Shown: one piece after another, positions 44,925 to 56,422 of the stretch
How positions within the stretch are numbered: the first letter of the stretch is position 1
Layout of the letters: every line of letters begins with the position of its first letter
Origin: a virus
Direction: 5' to 3' (one strand)
Length of the DNA stretch: 64,000 nucleotides
Virus record (IMG/VR): IMGVR_UViG_2896850075_000002
Notes under the pieces: model-generated
Told to the model about the DNA's origin: nothing
The model's input: the letters and a program-made list of their open reading frames with translations, nothing else
Databases searched by the model: none
Position numbers and translations under genes: made by a program

Positions 44925-45758
44925 TTACTTAAAAGTTGCATTCAAACACTGAATACCAATAGTTGCTGGCTCCGAAATAAGATACATCCATTTTCCATCA
45001 CTCGCACGGGTAACTGCAAAGCTACCGATATTGAAGTCCGGTAATGCAGCTTTGATTTGTGCTGTCATGAACCGCGGAATCATCACTTGACCATTATTCT
45101 GCAAATCAACATTCATTGTTAATTCCGTCATTAGCGGAACACCGGCATACGAAGTTGTTTGTGCAATACCAGCGCCATTGTAATAGCCCCATGCTTTAAA
45201 TCTGGGATAATCGTTCAGATTCAGTTTGGCGGTATCAATTGCGTAGGACTTTTCATTCAGTACAACTGCTACTTGTTGGTTCTGAACATAGGTCGTTGTC
45301 GCTAATCCATTCGGATCAACCGCAACCGTCACATTCTGGATTTGACCAACGACCACAGTAACGGCCAACTTGAATTCCAACAAAACTTTATCTGCAAAAC
45401 TAGGCATCATTTCAGCTTCTACAGCCTTGATTACCGCGTATAGAATTTCACTGCCACCAGTTTCCTTAGCATAAATGCCAATCGCATTAACTGGATAGCT
45501 AATTTCTAGATCACGATTCGTAAAAAAAACTTCGACTTGCTTTAACGTATGATCATCTAGTCTGACAATAGAATTGTCCGTCAGTACACCACTCTGCATC
45601 TCATCCGGCATCGCTGTTAATTCACCAACGCTTACTGTCGATAGGTCTTTGCTACTTGCGGTCGTGCGTGTCAGCGAGAAGGTTGTTTTACCCGCTGCTG
45701 CTCGACTTGCTAATAATAAGCCTGCACTTGTCAATTGTGAATTTGCATATGTTGCCAT
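44925..45758 (-). CDS. Tail fibre/collar protein (copy 2)
   Basis: Identical to 3859-4692. Confidence 0.7.
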   Translation of the reverse strand: MATYANSQLTSAGLLLASRAAAGKTTFSLTRTTASSKDLSTVSVGELTAMPDEMQSGVLTDNSIVRLDDHTLKQVEVFFTNRDLEISYPVNAIGIYAKETGGSEILYAVIKAVEAEMMPSFADKVLLEFKLAVTVVVGQIQNVTVAVDPNGLATTTYVQNQQVAVVLNEKSYAIDTAKLNLNDYPRFKAWGYYNGAGIAQTTSYAGVPLMTELTMNVDLQNNGQVMIPRFMTAQIKAALPDFNIGSFAVTRASDGKWMYLISEPATIGIQCLNATFK

Positions 45759-46400
45759 TTAACTCACCTCCTTTAATTGTGTACTCTCAGCGGTCACAGA
45801 CGTGTTGACCGTGACATGTTGCACGGTACCGACGCGCATAATTTCATCCGCTAACAGCATAAAACTGACTGGTTCCGCATCTACACTAGTTGCAACCGCA
45901 ACTTGAACTGCTTGGCCAGCATTAAATTGCTCGACTGTCCGCTCTGTACGTCGCGTTGTTATTTGATAGGTTAAATTGGCTGGAACATAAACATTCAACA
46001 AATAGCGTAGCCGTTTGATTTGTGTAACACTCACATCCGCTTCCAAGCTGATGGTGCTCAAGATTGAATTGATCGCATCAACTTCAATATCAGCCGGTAT
46101 CTGCATTGCCTTAACAAGCGAACGAAAATAGCCAATTGTGATTGGCTGTGGCGGTAAGATACGCATCAAAATGTCGTACCGTCGCTCTTCCAAAGTAGCC
46201 CCTGATTCAGGTGTGATTCCCAGTTGATATTCGAATAACGACAATCCTTGGGCATCCGCCGTAAAGACGTATTGATTCATCAATATTCGATTCAGTTGGT
46301 CCGTATTCGCATCAACTGCCACCTGTTCAGCATTGACTAGCGAATGCATTTCCACAATATCATCATAATAATCTGGTAAATAGTCACTTAATTTAGCCAT
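45759..46400 (-). CDS. XkdU-like baseplate protein (copy 2)
   Basis: Identical to 4693-5334. Confidence 0.85.
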   Translation of the reverse strand: MAKLSDYLPDYYDDIVEMHSLVNAEQVAVDANTDQLNRILMNQYVFTADAQGLSLFEYQLGITPESGATLEERRYDILMRILPPQPITIGYFRSLVKAMQIPADIEVDAINSILSTISLEADVSVTQIKRLRYLLNVYVPANLTYQITTRRTERTVEQFNAGQAVQVAVATSVDAEPVSFMLLADEIMRVGTVQHVTVNTSVTAESTQLKEVS

Positions 46401-47541
46401 TGAAGTCCACCACTCCCATCACTGGTAGCTGTGATACCGTATTGTTGAATACCAAATCAATATCAGCTGCTTGTCCATTTAATAGTGGTAACGAGGCATT
46501 AACAACTCCATCAACCTTCATCAGCTGAGTTAGGATTTGCGCACGATAGATTGTCAATTGGTATCCTCGGCCAGTCACCGCATCGACATTATTCCAGTCG
46601 GTACGCTTTTGTTTGAAATAGGCTTCAATTCCTGTCTCAATCGCCGAACGAACGGCCTCAACAGTAATCTGACTATCAACTTCAATGGTGGTAGTAACAT
46701 TAATTACCAGCTCAGTCGGTGCAACGACCGTGACCTGATGTCCAATTGGCGCAAGTCCATATCCTTCCCCAGTAACCTCATCTGGATCAATCGTATTCTT
46801 TACTTGATTCAATAGGTCAGTACTTGCAGCTCGTAAATCATTGTCAATAATGACTAGCTTTACAGTGCCGCCACCGTGCCACGCCGGATAAACTTGACCG
46901 GCGCCAACGTCCTCAATTCCAGCTAGCATCTTTAAATAATCGGCCACATTCCCACCATAAGCATTGTATGAGTCAGGCGAGAGTAATCGCTCACGTAGAT
47001 GATCATCAGTTTCAGCATCGCGGGCTGGTACCGGCACTGCAGTGATTTCAGCCCACGATAGCGAATCATTCGGCGTCACTGGTAATATTTGGCCACGATA
47101 GCCATTAGGGCCGCTTCCTACTGATTCAGCAACTAAATAGCCTACGCCGTCGCCGACAATTTCAGCCACTTTATAAAAGAACGGCTCATCGCCTAGACTT
47201 GCAAACCGGTCACCGACCTGCACATTAGTCACCGGCTGTCCGTCAGCATCGGTAAATTTGGCGCTGGCTTTGGCCGCAGTCGCTGGCTGTCGCGATGTTC
47301 CTTTCTCGACAGCCCGATAATCCAAGAACTCGCTTTGTGCAGTTAATGTATATGTCTGACGGACAATCTTTGCTGCATCCATAGAACTTTCCGCCATTGC
47401 GGATGCAGCTGGCGCTAGCGCATCATAGATAATTGAGCCTTCACGTTTATCAACCGTATCAGAAACTTTTGCCAACATTTTATCCAGCCAATAGTCAAAG
47501 TCTTGGGCTTCCAACTGATTGGCTAAGTCATCAGGATTCAT
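46393..47541 (-). CDS. Baseplate J-like protein (copy 2)
   Basis: Identical to 5327-6475. Confidence 0.92.
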   Translation of the reverse strand: MNPDDLANQLEAQDFDYWLDKMLAKVSDTVDKREGSIIYDALAPAASAMAESSMDAAKIVRQTYTLTAQSEFLDYRAVEKGTSRQPATAAKASAKFTDADGQPVTNVQVGDRFASLGDEPFFYKVAEIVGDGVGYLVAESVGSGPNGYRGQILPVTPNDSLSWAEITAVPVPARDAETDDHLRERLLSPDSYNAYGGNVADYLKMLAGIEDVGAGQVYPAWHGGGTVKLVIIDNDLRAASTDLLNQVKNTIDPDEVTGEGYGLAPIGHQVTVVAPTELVINVTTTIEVDSQITVEAVRSAIETGIEAYFKQKRTDWNNVDAVTGRGYQLTIYRAQILTQLMKVDGVVNASLPLLNGQAADIDLVFNNTVSQLPVMGVVDFNG

Positions 47542-47962
47542 TCGCATGCACCTCCTTTTCAACACTCATGGTGCCATATACCGTTTCAACCGTAGCTGTG
47601 ATGTCTAAAGTAGTCGCATTTACTTGTACGATGCTTTCAACCACTACATCATCAACCCGATCATCCGCCTGTAAAGCTTCTTGCAACATTCGTTCGACTT
47701 CAACGGTGGCATAGTCAAAGCTTTTTCCCAGCAGTTCACTAAAATCATTACCATACTGGTCAGAATAAATGGGAAAGACAAACCTTTCAGTCCGCATCAC
47801 CTTATCAACGGCTTGAACCATTGCGTCATAGTCATCAACCATACCAACGATGTGCCCGTCTACTACTTGATAAGTTCTCGAGGGCAACGTGACTTCTTCC
47901 ACTTCGTCCGCCAGGTCATCAACTGTAACGCCATCGTCGACTGTTTCAATTTCATCCGCCAT
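47531..47962 (-). CDS. XkdS-like protein (copy 2)
   Basis: Identical to 6465-6896. Confidence 0.85.
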   Translation of the reverse strand: MADEIETVDDGVTVDDLADEVEEVTLPSRTYQVVDGHIVGMVDDYDAMVQAVDKVMRTERFVFPIYSDQYGNDFSELLGKSFDYATVEVERMLQEALQADDRVDDVVVESIVQVNATTLDITATVETVYGTMSVEKEVHANES

Positions 47963-47972
47963 TGCTCTCACC

Positions 47973-48275
47973 TCAGACTTTATCAAAAATATAAAATGAC
48001 TGGCCACCATCACTGCGAATCATCGCAACGTGGTCTCCAGTCTTTAACCCATTCTTAATTTGTACCTTTTTATCACTACCGTCGACTTTTACGATCGTCT
48101 CATAGTCACTGACAGCTCTTCCCGTAGTCAGAAACACATTGGTCAGCATTAAATTATTGCCAAGCTGAACCTGTAGCGGAGTCGTACCCACAACTGTGCC
48201 GTAAACAACATCAGCATAGTCCGACTGGCTGCCACCTCTACTCTTCAGCATACTAAGTAGCCACTCACCGGCCAT
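47973..48275 (-). CDS. XkdR-like spike (copy 2)
   Basis: Identical to 6907-7209. Confidence 0.8.
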   Translation of the reverse strand: MAGEWLLSMLKSRGGSQSDYADVVYGTVVGTTPLQVQLGNNLMLTNVFLTTGRAVSDYETIVKVDGSDKKVQIKNGLKTGDHVAMIRSDGGQSFYIFDKV

Positions 48276-48278
48276 CTT

Positions 48279-49298
48279 TTACACCTTCATTTCTATTTCG
48301 CAAGTATATTTAGTTCCAAAATGATGTGTCGCCTTGGTAATGAGCACTGAACGGGTCCCAAGACCAATGTCCTTCAAGCTCTGAATTTTGACGTACACTG
48401 CATTACCAGCAATCAGATCAATATCGCCTAACGTCGTGAGCGTCAAGGTGTATGCTTGCTTGTTTTTCGACTTTAATAATGCTTTAGCTTGCTCCATCAT
48501 CTGTGCTTTGTTCGACTTATCCTTCGCATTTTCTACGTGTTGAAGCCGGCCCCAGTTATCAATATTATGACGACTACTTGCAGTAACAGTAGTGTAATGC
48601 GTATCCTTAGCACTCTTGCCACTAGCAGTCGCTGTACTCTTCTGACCTTTAGTCTCATCCTCTCGAACGATTCGTACCACGGTTGCAGCATCATCAATAC
48701 TGCGTTCGTATTGAAATTTAGTCATCAATGACTTGTCCCCCACAACTGTCGTTAACGCCTTGTACGGAGCCTTCCGAAGTTCAACCACATCATAATTTGC
48801 AGCCACAAAATACAGATTACCAGTTGCTTTCTCGGTGTTTTCAATCGACGTTTTCAGCATATCAAAATAGCTTTTACTATCACAGACTTCCGCCGCTAGC
48901 TTATGACTACTAGCGCTGACAATGCTGTGACTGATTTGAGCCATATTGCAAACTTTACTAAAACGCTGACTCAACGTCGATACCGGCCAAACAAGGGAAT
49001 CTTCATTTTTCAAGTAACGAAGTTTATCATAGGCAGTCACTGTGAACTTTTCTGGTTCATATTTGAAATCGAAAATATAGCCGTAAAAAATTCTGATACC
49101 ATCCCAATAGAATTTAACAATGTCCCCGTTATGCGGTGTGAATCCTTCATCAACCTCGACAATATCAAACTCCAATGAACCGGCCGAATAATTCAAGTCA
49201 GTCGTCCAAGTAATCGAATCATTGACTAACAGGTTACGGATGTCCCACACAATCGCCCCTTCACCGCGATGTTGGACCGTCATCGTCGTTACTGCCAT
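48279..49298 (-). CDS. XkdQ-like hub (copy 2)
   Basis: Identical to 7213-8232. Confidence 0.85.
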   Translation of the reverse strand: MAVTTMTVQHRGEGAIVWDIRNLLVNDSITWTTDLNYSAGSLEFDIVEVDEGFTPHNGDIVKFYWDGIRIFYGYIFDFKYEPEKFTVTAYDKLRYLKNEDSLVWPVSTLSQRFSKVCNMAQISHSIVSASSHKLAAEVCDSKSYFDMLKTSIENTEKATGNLYFVAANYDVVELRKAPYKALTTVVGDKSLMTKFQYERSIDDAATVVRIVREDETKGQKSTATASGKSAKDTHYTTVTASSRHNIDNWGRLQHVENAKDKSNKAQMMEQAKALLKSKNKQAYTLTLTTLGDIDLIAGNAVYVKIQSLKDIGLGTRSVLITKATHHFGTKYTCEIEMKV

Positions 49299-49301
49299 TC
49301 C

Positions 49302-49994
49302 TTACACCGCCTTTACTGCAGATTTTTTCACCCATCCGCGCCAACCGCCGCTAAGCGTCGTCACGTGATATGGATAAGCTCTTCCGAGAGCGATAAAGTT
49401 CACTTTGCGAATGGTGTTATGCTCAGTCTGGCCAGGTCCCCGTCCATAACTATCAACGTGCAAGCGGCCATTTACGATTACCTTCGAGCCTCGCCCAATT
49501 TTTTTGGGTGGCTTTGGCCGCGGCTTTCCTTTTTTCGCAACTTTTTTCTTAGCAATTTTCATTTTTTCAGCTTTATAAGTTTTATACTCCGTTAGATCTA
49601 ACGTGAAGGTGTATTCATCCGCATTTGCATTTTCCATCCCGTAATTAAAGCTAGCAACTGTCATCTTCAGTGAAATTTTAGTTCCAGAAACAACCAAGCG
49701 AATTGGCTTTTTTGACTTTTGAGCCGCAATAATCCAATCAATATACTTTTGAGCCGAACTAAGTGGCTTGGAGGCAGTCACATAACGCACATTCTTAGTC
49801 GTGACTGGCAAAATACTTTCTATTGACAGTGTTCGCAATTTAACTTCACCAATTCTGTTGATTTCGCCAAGCTTGACAACTTCTTCGGTTGCATCGTTGG
49901 TTTCATAGTTAACTTTTAATTCTTGTGGGTTAACCGGTAGCTCAATCGTTTTGTTCTTGTTATCGGTCAGATACACACCAATATGTTTTGCCAT
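49302..49994 (-). CDS. XkdP-like protein (copy 2)
   Basis: Identical to 8236-8928. Confidence 0.75.
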   Translation of the reverse strand: MAKHIGVYLTDNKNKTIELPVNPQELKVNYETNDATEEVVKLGEINRIGEVKLRTLSIESILPVTTKNVRYVTASKPLSSAQKYIDWIIAAQKSKKPIRLVVSGTKISLKMTVASFNYGMENANADEYTFTLDLTEYKTYKAEKMKIAKKKVAKKGKPRPKPPKKIGRGSKVIVNGRLHVDSYGRGPGQTEHNTIRKVNFIALGRAYPYHVTTLSGGWRGWVKKSAVKAV

Positions 49995-50009
49995 TATTCA
50001 CTCACCTCT

Positions 50010-53000
50010 TTAGCTCATCGCCGTGCCATTTTTACGAATCAAATAATTCTCAAGCTCGCGAGCGATAGTTTCGCCATCAAGTGCACCATTACCGCTGCTA
50101 ACCACTTGAATTGCACCTGGTTGTACTTGAACAACCATACTTGAAGCATCGCCATAATGGTTAGCTGTCACCGTTTCACGAGCATTATCGCCAAATGGCG
50201 TCGTAGCCGGAACATCGCTTATATGGCTTCCTGTAGCTCCGAATTGAATCTGACCATTAGCAGTGATAGAACTACCGCTCATTCCATTAATCGCATTAGA
50301 CACATTACCAATGACTTCTAATGCTCTATTGAAGCCAGCTGCTAGTTGATCACCAGGGTTTAGCCCAGTTAAACCAAAATTTCCTAACGATGAGTCAATA
50401 TTGGCAGCACTCACTGCTGACGTTGCCATCTTAGCTCCCGCCTTACTAATCAACGAGCTAGTTCCATTCATCCCGATTGCCATACCTTGGCCCATATAGT
50501 CACCAATTTCAGCAAATAACCGCGATGGTGAATGAATTTTAGCAGCTGCACGAGCAGCACGATTAGCTTGTGCAATCAGGGCATTTGCAGCCGCAGTAAC
50601 CGTTCCTAATCTCGACCGCATTCCGGCGGCCAATCCGGCACTAATCATGGCACCAGCCGAACGGGCAGCACTAACACCACTCTTCATTGCACTGGTAGCA
50701 GCATTAACTAAGGCGTGTGCGGCAGACCGTGCATTACCTGTTCCGCCTTTAAAGGCGCTAACAAATTTATTAACCGCATCTCGTGCAATAGATCCTAATG
50801 TATTTAGTCCGGTCTTAACAACACTAACCGCGCTGACCATTGTTTTTAGGCTAGCGGCAGCTGATGCAGCTTTGTTTGCTATTGAAGCAACCTGAGTCGC
50901 TACAAGTTTCGTTGCTACTCCCAATGCAGCCATACCGATAGCAGACGCGGCGGCAGCGATTCCTAGCCCTGCGAGAACAAGGGCAGTGGCAGCAGCCACC
51001 AGCACAATAGCAGCAAGTCCGATCATTGCCATCATTGCTCCCATCATAACCATCGTTAAACCGACCATCGCCATCATCCCTCCAGCCATAACCAGCATCA
51101 GACCAGCCATCGCCATCATTGCTCCAGCCATAACCATCACAAGGCCTGTAAAAGCCATCATCGCTCCGGCCATAACCAGCATCAAGCCAACCATCGCCAT
51201 CATTGCTCCAGCCATAACTAATATTAGCCCCATTGCGGCAACCATTGCACCGGCCATAACTAGCATTAGTGCAACACCTAGCATCATTATTCCAACTGCA
51301 GCCACCAATGACATTGGTGCTACTAACATCAAACTTACCGCTAATAGCATCATTCCAACCCCAGCAATCAAGCCCGTTGCGGCAATCCCCATTAGGGCCA
51401 CGCTCATTAATAGCAAACCAATTGCGGCAACCATACTAAACACGGCCACTAACGGCATTGCTACGGCTAGAATCATCATTCCAACTGCTGCAATCATCAC
51501 TGTTACTGCTACCATGGTCATTGCTACGCCTAATAGCAACAAACCAATCGCAGCTAGCATGGACAACGGTGCTAGTAGCACCATACTAACCGCCAATATC
51601 ATCATGCCAACTCCAGCAATCAAACCTGTAACGGCAATGACAGTTAAAGCCACACTCATAAGTAACAGTCCGACAGCCGCAATCATACTGAATACGGCAA
51701 TCAACGGCAATGTGATTGCCAGCATCAACATCCCAACAGCAGCGATAATAACAGTCACCACGATGGCAGCCATTGCAACGGCAAATAGCAGCGCTCCCAC
51801 GGCTGCGATAACAAATCCAACACCTAAGATTAATAAGGAAGCTCCTAATAGAATAAGACCCACTGCAGCAACAATAGCAGCCAAACCGAAGACGGCAACC
51901 GCACCAGCAAGCGCTAATAGTCCAATAGCGGCACTAACACCATACTGAGAAATCAACGGCAATTGAGTTGCTAATAGCGCCAAGCCAGCCGATGCAAGTA
52001 ACACCGCAATACCAATCAATAGTAAAGCAGCACCAAGAATTAAGAATCCCACCGCACCTCCGATTAAGGACGGTCCGAGTAGTTTAACGATGACAGCTAA
52101 TACAGCGACAGCCGCAATCATTCCAAAGAACATTGCAATAGCTGGCCAACCAGCTGACACCAGCTTGATTGTTGCGTTCGCAATCATCAATAGTCCCGCG
52201 CCTGCTAAAGCAGCGCCAGCACCAATCAGAACCATAGCAATCCCTAGCTTCAACATTGATGTCGCAGCCGCTCCCGTCTTACCGGGTTCTGGTACTGGAA
52301 TTTCTGGAACTTTAGGTGTCTTTTGAAACATTGATAATGCTGATCTAATCCCTTTAAGCGCTTGGAACCCTTTCATCGCAGTGACAACCAAACCAACTGC
52401 CACCGCCACTGCTTTGATTTGTCCTGGGCTCATTTTTGATAAAGCATTCAGGCCGGCAATCAGAACCGTGAACTTTAATCCCTGCATTCCAGACTTCATA
52501 ACGACAAACGCGGCCCCAATCGTTTTAAGCGTTCCTGGGCTTAGCTTACTTACAGCATCCGCTACCGCGCTAATCGATTTAGCCGCGCCTTTGATTGTGT
52601 TACCCGCCAATTCACCAAAACTCTTGAACGGATTTTTACCACCACCTGCCAGCTTCCCAAACACTCGTTTGGCAGACGCACCCAGAGTCGTAAACATAGA
52701 CTGTACCGACTTGATAGCGCCAGTGTCCGTAAATCCGGCCCACATTTGTTTTGCATTTGCGACGACGGTTTTAAATGCATTCATCGCACCATCAGCAATT
52801 GGCTTAAAATCAATTTTATTAATGGAGTCAGACAAGCTGGATACCATTTTAATACCAACTTGACTTGCGCTATCAAAGGCATCTTGCAACTTAATGGCGA
52901 CACCTTCTTTGAGTCCATCAACTGCTTGTCCGACAGTCTTAAATTGTGTTGCCATCTTAGTAAAGCCTTTATTAGTCCCAGCTTTTGAGACAGCATTGAA

Positions 53001-53699
53001 GAAATCCTGTGTTTTAACTTTGCCGTTTTGAATATCCTGAACTAATTGTGCAGTGGATCTGTGCATTGTTTTAGCGACTGCAGCCATACCAGCTGGTGAT
53101 TGTTGCATCATCAATTTAAAATCAGCCCATTGTACTTTAGGCATGGCAGCCATCTGAGTAGCTTGCTGACTCAAAGTCTTCATCGCTTGTGCCGGATCTT
53201 CAGAGGCGGATGCTAGCCCACCAAATCCTTTAACCAACGATGTCGTGTTCTTTGTACCAACTGCTGCTAGCTGGCTATAAGTTGAAGCCATATCTGATGC
53301 AGAATAAATTGTTTGTTGCGCAAACTTTGATAAACTTCCACGAGCGGCAGAGATTTGCTTGGGGCTTTGTCCAATCATGGACATGTTCCCGTTAAACGTT
53401 TGCCATGCCTTGCTGGAATCGTTCAATTCGCCAATCATTGAGCCAATCCCCGATGAGGCAATTCCAATGCCTTTACTAATACCGCCACCAATAACATTGG
53501 CACCTAATACAGACTTAAATACCCCACCAGTTTCAGCGGCAGACTTGTTAAGACTGCTGAATGGATTGGCGCCTGCCATTCCAGACTTGAAACGTGAAAA
53601 CATCGACTGTCCCTGACTTAATTTACTGTTTAGTTTGTCTAGTGGTGATGTGAATCCGTCTAGAATTTTAATTGTTGCGCTTACAGTTGACATACTCAT
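50010..53699 (-). CDS. Tape measure protein (copy 2)
   Basis: Identical to 8944-12633. Confidence 0.95.
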   Translation of the reverse strand: MSMSTVSATIKILDGFTSPLDKLNSKLSQGQSMFSRFKSGMAGANPFSSLNKSAAETGGVFKSVLGANVIGGGISKGIGIASSGIGSMIGELNDSSKAWQTFNGNMSMIGQSPKQISAARGSLSKFAQQTIYSASDMASTYSQLAAVGTKNTTSLVKGFGGLASASEDPAQAMKTLSQQATQMAAMPKVQWADFKLMMQQSPAGMAAVAKTMHRSTAQLVQDIQNGKVKTQDFFNAVSKAGTNKGFTKMATQFKTVGQAVDGLKEGVAIKLQDAFDSASQVGIKMVSSLSDSINKIDFKPIADGAMNAFKTVVANAKQMWAGFTDTGAIKSVQSMFTTLGASAKRVFGKLAGGGKNPFKSFGELAGNTIKGAAKSISAVADAVSKLSPGTLKTIGAAFVVMKSGMQGLKFTVLIAGLNALSKMSPGQIKAVAVAVGLVVTAMKGFQALKGIRSALSMFQKTPKVPEIPVPEPGKTGAAATSMLKLGIAMVLIGAGAALAGAGLLMIANATIKLVSAGWPAIAMFFGMIAAVAVLAVIVKLLGPSLIGGAVGFLILGAALLLIGIAVLLASAGLALLATQLPLISQYGVSAAIGLLALAGAVAVFGLAAIVAAVGLILLGASLLILGVGFVIAAVGALLFAVAMAAIVVTVIIAAVGMLMLAITLPLIAVFSMIAAVGLLLMSVALTVIAVTGLIAGVGMMILAVSMVLLAPLSMLAAIGLLLLGVAMTMVAVTVMIAAVGMMILAVAMPLVAVFSMVAAIGLLLMSVALMGIAATGLIAGVGMMLLAVSLMLVAPMSLVAAVGIMMLGVALMLVMAGAMVAAMGLILVMAGAMMAMVGLMLVMAGAMMAFTGLVMVMAGAMMAMAGLMLVMAGGMMAMVGLTMVMMGAMMAMIGLAAIVLVAAATALVLAGLGIAAAASAIGMAALGVATKLVATQVASIANKAASAAASLKTMVSAVSVVKTGLNTLGSIARDAVNKFVSAFKGGTGNARSAAHALVNAATSAMKSGVSAARSAGAMISAGLAAGMRSRLGTVTAAANALIAQANRAARAAAKIHSPSRLFAEIGDYMGQGMAIGMNGTSSLISKAGAKMATSAVSAANIDSSLGNFGLTGLNPGDQLAAGFNRALEVIGNVSNAINGMSGSSITANGQIQFGATGSHISDVPATTPFGDNARETVTANHYGDASSMVVQVQPGAIQVVSSGNGALDGETIARELENYLIRKNGTAMS

Positions 53700-53924
53700 G
53701 GCCTCCTTTCTTTTATGTACAAACAAACTAGAAGACTCAGTGCCTTCTAGCTTTTCGTTTAGCGTCTTTTTCTTGACGTCGTTCTTCCTTAACTCTTATG
53801 TCAATCCCAGCGATCACGAGTGCCTTTTCTCGGATAGTTAGGGCTGTGTACTGTGACGGGGTCCAGTTGAAGTTATTCATCGTATAGAAATAGTATGAAA
53901 AATCTGCACCTTCACCGTCTTGAA

Positions 53925-54356
53925 TTATTTTTTTACTTCATCCGTTAAATCCTTCAAGTTTTCCTGGTTGATACCTGACAGTTTCATGACTTCACCACTA
54001 AGATCAGTCATTTCACCAACTTTCAGCATTTCCTTCAACGTCCCGATTGGATCAGCTAATGTACCATAGCTTTCTTGAAGTTCATGATCATCTAACGGAG
54101 GGAACACGACCGAAGCTGTGACAAGTAGTTCGCCAAACAGCTCCTGGTCTTGAGTCTCCTCAATTTGACCCGTTGCCGGATTTTTACGCCGACGAGTGGC
54201 TTTCTTTCGTAATCCATCGATTTCTTTATTAGTAATCTCTCGAATAACAAACGGCTCAGTAAAGCGCTTGAACGCGACTTCTTTGGTTGCTGGTTCATAC
54301 GCCATATTTTGTTTCAGAAAGCTAGATACACTACGTTGTTGCTTTTCTTCGGTCAT
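53925..54356 (-). CDS. Tail assembly chaperone (copy 2; -1 frameshift extension to 53737)
   Basis: Identical to 12859-13290. Confidence 0.88.
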   Translation of the reverse strand: MTEEKQQRSVSSFLKQNMAYEPATKEVAFKRFTEPFVIREITNKEIDGLRKKATRRRKNPATGQIEETQDQELFGELLVTASVVFPPLDDHELQESYGTLADPIGTLKEMLKVGEMTDLSGEVMKLSGINQENLKDLTDEVKK

Positions 54357-54369
54357 GTTGTAATTCCTC

Positions 54370-54852
54370 CTATAAATCGAATCCAGTGAATGCCTGAATT
54401 AGGCTAACGCCTTCAAAAGTAAAATCAGATTCCCATTGCATTACATCGTCATCCGCTTCAAAATCAGCAAACGGAACATCATCTAAGTTGACGTCAGTGA
54501 AATGTAATGTTTGAGTGCCAGCTGCGCTGGTAGGATCATTAATTGTTAAAGTCGCTTCAAAGTACAAGTCTTTGCCACCGTTGATGTATGGTAAAGCATA
54601 CTTAGACCAGTTCGAACTAATTAGGTAACCACCTAACGTCCCAGTTCCTTCCACACTCGTAGTCTTTTTGTGCTTCCAACGTGATCCAAGTGTCTGCACA
54701 TCTTCCTTATTTTTTTCTAGCTTGGCGCTAAATTTATTTGCTTCAATCAATGGAATAACCTTGCCATTGATAGTGATATAAATTTTCGCGTCCTTAGTTG
54801 AAATCGTATCGCGCCCATTAAGGAACGAGCCGATTGTCGTGTTTTCAGCCAT
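54370..54852 (-). CDS. Tail tube protein (copy 2)
   Basis: Identical to 13304-13786. Confidence 0.92.
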   Translation of the reverse strand: MAENTTIGSFLNGRDTISTKDAKIYITINGKVIPLIEANKFSAKLEKNKEDVQTLGSRWKHKKTTSVEGTGTLGGYLISSNWSKYALPYINGGKDLYFEATLTINDPTSAAGTQTLHFTDVNLDDVPFADFEADDDVMQWESDFTFEGVSLIQAFTGFDL

Positions 54853-54865
54853 GTTTTAGACCCTC

Positions 54866-56230
54866 CTATTGAACAGTAATCGTCATGTATAATTTTTCCA
54901 TTGCTTCGTTTGGTTGAACCGCTAAATCTACCACAATGGAGTCTTTAGTTTGGCCTTCTGCCACAGTTACATCATCAGCCACAAAATTAGTGATAGAACC
55001 ACCATTTTGCAATGTATCCAGTTGAGCCACAAGGTTTGCTTTGAATAGGTCGCGACCAGTGTCATCGTTGTTGACCTTACCAATGAACTGGTTTTCGAAA
55101 ATTGTTTGCGTCAAATTCGCAATGCCATCGATTGTGCGGATGACCTGGTTTTTAGCAAAATAGCTTGGCTTGTCATCAGTAAATTGAACCAGGCTGTTGA
55201 TGTCCTCTTCAATAACCACATCGCCATCTCGCTTCACACTAAATACGAGGTGTCCTGCTTTCAAATTATCAATGATTGCTGTATTTGAAAGGCGAGGTGT
55301 CGCATCTTGTGCATCCGGATAAACGGCATACGTCAACGAGGCACTACCATCAAGCGCAGATGATGCTCCTGCAATATATGCGGCTGCGGTAGTTGCGTCC
55401 AAGACCGTGCCATCCATTAATGTCACGCCATTGACAACAGCTGTAATGGCTTCCGAATTGTACTTGGTGTCGGTCGTCAAAGCTGGTACAACGCCCGTCA
55501 CCTTGTACCCTTCATCATCACGCATCCGCTGTACAAGGTTCGCAAGTAAGGCATGAATCTCAGTATCAACTGGATAGCCGGCCGTCGTGACGACACTGTA
55601 TGAGCGAGTCTCCATGGCGTCAGACAATAATGTCGTGATGTCGCCCTTTTCACTAGTACCACCCGTCAGCTTATACGTGGTCTTACCAGTCAATGCTGCC
55701 AATTTGGTTGGTCCTGCCGTTTCATCTGCGGTAACAACATCAATATAATCATTAGACAGCAGTGGCACTGAACCATCACTCTTAATTGCCTGTTGATCAA
55801 CTACAGACGTTCCTAGAAGCGTTGTAACTGTAATTTTCGTCTCGTCCGTCGGGTCTTTTAACACACTGACAGTCAGATCATTACCACGTACACCTGCGTA
55901 TTTAGCTGTAAGCGTCCATGGCAAGCCTTCATCAGCCACTGTTGCTTTAGTACCAGCATTGTCGTTGACTAGTAACACAGTTACGGCTCCCTTTAAAGCT
56001 TCATGAATTGTAATCGCCTTAGAATCCGTCTGAGCAACACCAATCAGTGCGCGAAAGTCACTATCTCCAGATAGCTCAATGACCCCATTAGCGCCCCAAC
56101 CATAATCAACACCGTTTGCCATTAATACACGGCCAGTAGTCGTATCAGTTTGTTGTTCCGGCACCCCTTTGACATTGATATATGCGCCAGGTCGTACCTT
56201 ATTTTGTGTCTTCCAAATTCCGCCTGCCAT
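54866..56230 (-). CDS. Tail sheath protein (copy 2)
   Basis: Identical to 13800-15164. Confidence 0.95.
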   Translation of the reverse strand: MAGGIWKTQNKVRPGAYINVKGVPEQQTDTTTGRVLMANGVDYGWGANGVIELSGDSDFRALIGVAQTDSKAITIHEALKGAVTVLLVNDNAGTKATVADEGLPWTLTAKYAGVRGNDLTVSVLKDPTDETKITVTTLLGTSVVDQQAIKSDGSVPLLSNDYIDVVTADETAGPTKLAALTGKTTYKLTGGTSEKGDITTLLSDAMETRSYSVVTTAGYPVDTEIHALLANLVQRMRDDEGYKVTGVVPALTTDTKYNSEAITAVVNGVTLMDGTVLDATTAAAYIAGASSALDGSASLTYAVYPDAQDATPRLSNTAIIDNLKAGHLVFSVKRDGDVVIEEDINSLVQFTDDKPSYFAKNQVIRTIDGIANLTQTIFENQFIGKVNNDDTGRDLFKANLVAQLDTLQNGGSITNFVADDVTVAEGQTKDSIVVDLAVQPNEAMEKLYMTITVQ

Positions 56231-56422
56231 TTAAATTGCCTCCTTAAATTTATTGATTTCACTTTTAGCTTGTTCTAACGAATATTGTTTATCTTCTTCC
56301 AAAACAACTTTGAGAATATCGACTTCCAACTTCGTGAACGCACTCGCCATTAACAAGTCGGCCTTATCAAACTTTGGCACAACCGTTTTGGCTCGCTTTA
56401 CTGTTCTCTTGGTTTCACTCAC
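56231..56422 (-). CDS. Small neck/tail protein (copy 2)
   Basis: Same as 15165-15356. Confidence 0.65.
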   Translation of the reverse strand: MSETKRTVKRAKTVVPKFDKADLLMASAFTKLEVDILKVVLEEDKQYSLEQAKSEINKFKEAI